Of a stretch of DNA of 64,000 nucleotides, positions 57,661-64,000 are shown one piece after another. The stretch's first letter is position 1, and the number at the start of each line of letters is the position of its first letter. The DNA comes from the human T2T-CHM13v2.0 reference genome, Homo sapiens: the NCBI RefSeq assembly GCF_009914755.1, contig NC_060926.1. One strand, 5' to 3'. The translations under genes were made by a program, and so were the position numbers. Below the pieces are notes generated by a model. The model was not told the DNA's origin, did not search any database, and saw only the letters and a program-made list of their open reading frames with translations.

Positions 57661-60139
57661 TGCTGGAGGAAGCACTAGGATGTTCAGGCAGGCCCAGGCT
57701 CAGTCCTAGTTCAGGATTTGGAGGCACAGAAAGAAAGGTAAGACTCAGCCCCTACCTTCAGGAAACTCACTGATGGGCAGATACCATGCACTGTGTTGGG
57801 AAACAACCAAGCTGTGCATGATGCATGCCCATGGCACACGAATGCTAAGATTTGAAGGCATGATGGGAGCTATCATTTATTGAGTGCCCTCTGTATGCCA
57901 GGTTCTGCAGAAGGAACCTAATATCACATCTCACTCAGTCCTCAAGGAAACCTATAGTGTGCCTGTTACCACCCCCGTGTGACAGATGAAAAGACCACGG
58001 CTTAAAGAGGTTAACTTCACAGCGTCAATAACCAGGAAAGGATGGCACCAGAATGAGCTCAGCCGGTGATCTTCCTCCTACTCTATTCAGCCTTCCCTAA
58101 GTGTGGGCCAAAGGTTGTAGAAAAGGCTTCACGGATTAGGAAGGGACTGGCGAGTTAGAATGTTGTTCCCTGTGTCCCACTGTCATCTCTCAGGCTCTGC
58201 AGTGGGGGCCAGGAGCCTGACATTTAGGCATTAGGGGAGGCAGGGATGACTGAGGATCAGGATAAACAAGTGTCTCTGAGAGCCTGCCCCTCAGAATCTT
58301 TAAGTCGAGTCCAGTGCCTGCTCTGTGCGGGAGGTAGCAGCTTTTCAAAGAATAAAATCAGCGAGTAAAGAATATAATCTGCAGTTCTTTGCAAATTTGA
58401 CGATGCTGTGCTGCCTACATACCATTAATAGGGGATGGGTTTTCCCAGAGATGTTTGCTTTGGAAAACTCCCAAGCCTCTACTGTTAACAGTTAGAGATT
58501 GCACATAGTGGGGATGGTTATTTGAATTAGAAATGGGTAACTCACATGCACCTGAAATGTCTCCAAGTAAAGTAGGGTAGGGGCCAAGTTGTATAAGGAG
58601 ATGGGTGAGCCAAGTCTGTAACGATCATGAAGAATGGCATACTCTCTCAAATGCCACAGATGATTCTGGAACCTCAAGAATCTCAGAGCTGAGCTAAATG
58701 GCTCTCCAAGATAGCCCACCATGGAGCTAAGGTCCTCTGGAATGACACCACTAGCAGTATTGACTGAGCCTGGTTCCCTGATTCACAACAGCAAGTCGTG
58801 AAATTCAGACATCCTGTAGGATCTAGCTTTACCACTATGCTCAGTTGACCTCAAGAAATGAAACCAGCTTCCATGATTAACAGACACTAATGACCAACAG
58901 GTGAAACACAATCAGGTAAATGGGGAGAGCCAGTGCCAGAGGGCTTACAGATTTTCTGAAGTTCTTCATACACAGGTTCCCCTCATTAGCAGCCATCTGG
59001 GAGGGAGCTGGGGATGATTCTGAAACCTGGAGAATCCCGGTCACTATATCATACATTAGTTGAAAAGAGGGAGCCTCCTCAGTGTGGTGAGTGCCAAGTT
59101 AGGAGAGATGGTGAAGGCATCTCCTGCCTACACGCCTTGTACAGCCAGCCCTCTGCCTGGATTATACCGGTCTACCACATACCTGGGCAAGGCTCGTCCT
59201 TAGTGACGTTACAAATGGAATGTTCTTCTTGCCCTATTCCTTGACTCTCTTTTTCTCCTTACTGCCACCCCTACTACTCCATTATCCCCTTCGGCTCCAG
59301 CTCCCCCGGCGTGGATGCTCCTGGCTTGCCTTCTGGGATGATACCCAGGGCTTCCCTAATTGTTGCCACAGCCTACCCAGCCCGCTCCTCCCTCTGGACT
59401 GACTCACTTCGCCAGGCACAGAGGGCCCATAGCCTGCAATCCTCCCCAGTCAGTGAATCCCTCCCCCTTCCACAGAGATCTTCAGAAGAGGTGTCGCCAC
59501 ACCCTTTGCCCAGGCGCCACCCTCCCGCGTCAGTGTGCGTCACCGTGGGGATGGTCTTTGTTGTTTCCCTCTCAAGCAGGGCCCTCCTTTTCCTCTTGTT
59601 CTGTACACACTGGAGAGGGAGAACAGATGGTCCTCCTGCCGGGGGCCAGCCCTCCTGGCAGAGGTGACCAAACCACCCGGCTTTCCCATCTCAGGGGCAT
59701 CATGGACACCCCTCAGCTATAGGTTCTGTTTCTGGGGATCCCTTGGGTTTTCTGTGTGTCCCCCCCTTCCCCCTTCCAAGGTCTCTGAGACCTGCTGACC
59801 TATGCAGCTCAAGCCCAGAGAGAAGACACCAGGCAGGACTGGTGGTGCTAAAAGATGGTAGAAATCAGTTTGTCCCTCCTCCGTGCTGTTTGTGATTTTG
59901 ATTTCAACCTGGGACGAGTTGAAAACAGTCCCCCGCGCAGCTCACCCGGCCCACGTTACCCACTATCTTCCCGGACTCACAGCTGTCTCCACCCATGCTT
60001 GCCTACTGGCAGGCCTTTCCGGCTTTATTTTGCCTAGTGGTGTTACCAAAATGTCTCCTGGTTGAACTTGACTCTTGTTATATCTTCCAATTTCTCCCGT
60101 GTCCAGATTTCCAGACCTTACCCACTGTGGAAGGCATCA

Positions 60140-60310
60140 CACTGAAGCCCAGACATGAGTTCTGGGTCTGCTCTTACCCAGTCCAGTGACCCTGGGAAAG
60201 TCACCAAACCTCTCTGAGCCAGTTTCCTCATCTGCAGGATCAGGATGTTACCGGCCTGTTCTGAGGATCAAATGAGCGAATAAATGCAAAGATTCTTTGT
60301 AAACTGTAAA
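60140..60310 (+). mobile_element. MIR SINE
   Basis: gtgaccctgggaaagtcacc ... ctctctgagccagtttcctcatctg ... ctttgtaaactgtaaa. Confidence 0.75.
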
Positions 60311-61624
60311 CCAACATTCTCCAAACTGCATTCTGCAGACCCTGCTCTCAGGAGAGGTGTTCATAAACTATTTAGGAAAACAAAAAAGTTTTAGGTCAAG
60401 TTTGAGGAAGGCTAGCCTAAACAAAGCAAACTAGATTTCCTCACTCTAGAATTTCTCAGAGACTAACTTGCCAATGTGCATAGCAAATCTCCAAGAGCAG
60501 GGTAGAAAACATGGCTTTATGTCAAAACTGCTTTTTTCATGGACTACTTATTAACTTCTTTAGGTTAGTGGTTTCCACAGAGCATAGCATATATTAATAT
60601 TATTTCTCCTACAAATAATAATGTGAATCTTTCCACAAGTTTTATTCCATCATCCAAGTCACTAATCCTGGGTAATACCAGTTAATCAGTGTCTGAAAAA
60701 AGTATTGCTGGAGTCCCTGCCTTTAATCTTCTGGGCATTGTGCTCTGTGCTGTGGGGGAGAGGGGACCTGCTATTGAAGGCCTCTGCCATTGGACTCCAG
60801 CCCTAACTCCCGCCATCCGCATGCCGCACTCTGCCCCTGCAGCTTAGTGAACCCGCTGCCCTGTGTATGCATCTTTTGTCTTCCTGTTCCCTGCCTTTGT
60901 TCCATCCTTCTCCCTGCCAAGGTGCCTCCCTCCCATTTCTACCAGTACAGTTGTCACCCATTCCTCAAGTCTTAGCCCAAATCCCAACTTCTCCATGGAA
61001 ATTTTTCTAACTAAAGCGATGTGTTCTACACAGGACTACTGACCCCTTGAACTCAACTCTAAGCCCCTAAAGGCAGAGAGCATTACTTATACTTCCTGAT
61101 TTTCTCCAAAAACCAGCATTCATTTGTGGGTTGATTGATTGCTCCCTTCCACCCCACCCCCCAAGAACCATAAGGCACACAGTTGTACCTTGGGAACTTC
61201 AACCCAGAGGTGTGGGTCCTTCAGAGCTGGGGAGTCAGTGGTGAGTTTACTTATTTCATTCAGTAGACACTTATTGCTGGGGAACTGCTGGGAACTCAAA
61301 GTTGAACAAGACAAGGTCTCTGCCTTTAAGAAGCTCTTGGTCTAGACAAAAGCATAAAAACGTCATTGCAAGTCAATGTGCTGAGTTTAATAATTGAAAA
61401 AATACTGGAGCACAAAATTGGGTTCGTGGTGAGAGTAAGTGGAAATCGAGGCAGGCTTGTGGAGAGGATGTCACCTGGAGCAGATGTGGCCGGGTTATGG
61501 GGAAGAAGGACCTCTGAGAGGGGATTCAGATCTGTTCCCTGGGTCACAGGGAGGAATGTTGTAATGGAGCCAGTAGGTTACAGCAGTTGCTGAAAGAGGG
61601 TGTGAGATGGGACCTTTGCATCAT

Positions 61625-61631
61625 ACACACA

Positions 61632-61664
<33 letters not shown>
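61625..61664. repeat. Interrupted (AC)n microsatellite about 270 nt upstream of exon 15
   Basis: Directly visible. Confidence 0.95.
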
Positions 61665-61667
<3 letters not shown>

Positions 61668-61846
61668 TGTGGGAATCCCACTTCCCTGCTTTTCCATCAT
61701 ACCCTCTCACCCCTTCTTCCTTCTCACCTTGACTCATTCTTCCTCTCCTCGTCTCTCACCTCCGGGTCCTGGGGCCATCCATCGTTACCTCATCGGGACA
61801 GCCCCGTGTCTGCTGTCTGTTGGTAGCTAGAGGCCTGCTTTGGTGA

Positions 61847-62083
<237 letters not shown>

Positions 62084-64000
62084 GAGCCCACTGCAGTTGG
62101 ACTTTGCCGATGCTGCAAGAAGGGGTGCAGAGAAGACTCCTGTGTTGGAGACACTCAGCAGGTCTTGAACTACTTCTCCTCCTCGGAGCCCCAGTCCCAT
62201 GTCCACTGTCTATTTATTGCATTCCCTTGCCCCAGGCCACCTCCTCCCCCTCCCACCTGGTGACCAGAAGGCGCTCTCGGTTCTTGTCTCACCAGTAATG
62301 CAGACTCATTGGGTCAGCAATTAGCTGTATACACTGCCGTGTTTGGACCACTGGCAAGCCTGGTTCCACTCCTCAGGGGCTCCTGGCAGTGAAGCAACTT
62401 CAGTTCTTTTACTGCAAAGAACAGAAAAAAGAAAGAAAGCAAACAAGAAGACTCCGGCTCTGCTATCGGACACAGATCCTGATCCCTCTTGCTTCTTTTC
62501 CCTCCTGCACCGCAGCTTGCCATCCCTGCCCTTCTGTCCTGGAGAAGAGACTGGTGCTTCTCCGCACACACGAGGGAGGGCGCCCTTGAGGCATGCCCTC
62601 TGAGGGAGGGAGACCAGAGATGCAGGGATTGGCCAGCTGGGTTGGTTTGCTCTGGAATGGCTAACTCTTGCCTGCTTTGGTTTTAGCTTTTCAGCATGCC
62701 AAAGTCATGTAAGTTTGTGTCTTGTGGAAGAAATCCTCTTTGTGGAAAAAGAAACAGGGTTTTGAACTCTGTTAACATTTGAAAAATATATTTTCAAATT
62801 CACTTTCTAATTGGCCAAAAGAGATGAGTTCCAGTCTGAATACAGGTAGATATTAAAGGGCTAATAAAAAATGAGAAACCGGTCGTCCAAGGTGGATGCT
62901 GTCAATGCCCGAGTGACACATGAGAGCTGTATGAATTGAGAGAAAAGGCAACAAGTAGCATTCTTCATCATTCAAGTTCTACCTGGACACAAAGGCGAGG
63001 ACCCTGGGGTTCCAACAAAGCTCAGCTCCCAGATTCTCTTTCCAGTTTCATCCTAAGTTCCTAGCATAAACACTATTTATTTTCTGCAGCAGTGTGTTAT
63101 TTTTGCGCACTTATACAAAATGGTAGTACTACTGTGTTGTGGTTTTTAAACATTAAACATGTAAAGTTATATACGAAATATCTGCTTTTGGAATAAGCAG
63201 AATGAGGCTAAACATGGGTTATACAAAGGGTATCTGGAAACTGAAGAGCAACTTGTTAGAAAACTGACAATGTCGCAAGATGTACTCAGTTTTGTTTCTG
63301 TGTGACATGCAATGGCAACTCATGTGGACACTATTGAAGGGATGTGACATTACCTCCTGTAGATATGCTAACAGTGTTATTCTTTCATTTCCAAGGGTTC
63401 TCTGTGGCTTTGTGTATATGTTTCCCAGAGGTCATTTGATTACCTAATTTACTGAACTGATTTAGCAGGGAATGGAATCCATTCCAACTATTGCACGTGG
63501 ATTTCCCAGCTGCCCCTAAATATATATACTTGTGAGTGGCAAAGTGGCACTAATGAAGCTTTTGCCTTTTGTACATTTGAGATTTTTGTATATAGTGTTT
63601 GCTGCAAGGCCTGTGGAATTAATTCGTTGCATATAGAGGTATCAACTGCTGCATGTTCAGGCATATTATAAAACTTTAGTCTATGAAAGAATAATTATAA
63701 TAATGTCCAGGTGCAATACTCTGTAAGTCTATTGGTTCAAGTTACCGAGAGATAGGTGTGTTCCTTTATGGGGGATGGGGGGGTGTGTTGGGGATTCTTT
63801 GTATTGTTTATTTCATTTTGGTTTATTTTAAAAGATGTAAACATATATTAAGCTATATTAAATCTCACATACAGTTCTTCTGTGCTCTATTATACCCTGA
63901 TAGAGATGGGGGAGAGAAAGGAATGTTTTTGATGGTGGTTTCAAAGCTCGGACAGTAACTATCTTGAGCCCATTAGAGAGTCTGTGTCCATATTTGCATC
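62084..64000 (+). other. PRKCE: PRKCE 3' UTR (probably continues beyond the window)
   Basis: Directly follows the stop codon, lacks recognisable interspersed repeats, becomes AU-rich distally and carries miRNA seed, PRE and ARE-like motifs. Confidence 0.9.
62863..62868 (+). terminator. Candidate proximal polyadenylation signal AATAAA (ATTAAA variants at 62852, 63152 and 63857)
   Basis: Hexamers seen in the sequence; use is not demonstrable from sequence alone. Confidence 0.35.

Overview
Human (primate) genomic DNA containing the 3' end of PRKCE (protein kinase C epsilon) on the + strand. It holds the last four coding exons (22314-22452, 28248-28436, 36807-36953, 61937-62083; canonical exons 12-15). 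They splice in frame with GT-AG boundaries to encode the kinase C-lobe and AGC C-terminal tail (about residues 531-737), followed by about 1.9 kb of 3' UTR. The rest is intron, filled with Alu, L1, L2, MIR, CR1, MaLR LTR and hAT-Charlie relics, microsatellites and a 42-bp VNTR. The other ORFs in the track look like repeat-derived or chance frames. I found no convincing new biological system. The most notable observations are: a ~90-bp young L1 (L1PA2-type) 3' end with a broken polyA signal and an apparent 3' transduction; a perfect 67-bp tandem duplication in intron 11; a VNTR with two higher-order periodicities; a 71-bp locally templated copy 1.8 kb from its source; and candidate alternative or poison splice events. 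Repeat subfamily names come from remembered consensus sequences, not from a RepeatMasker run.
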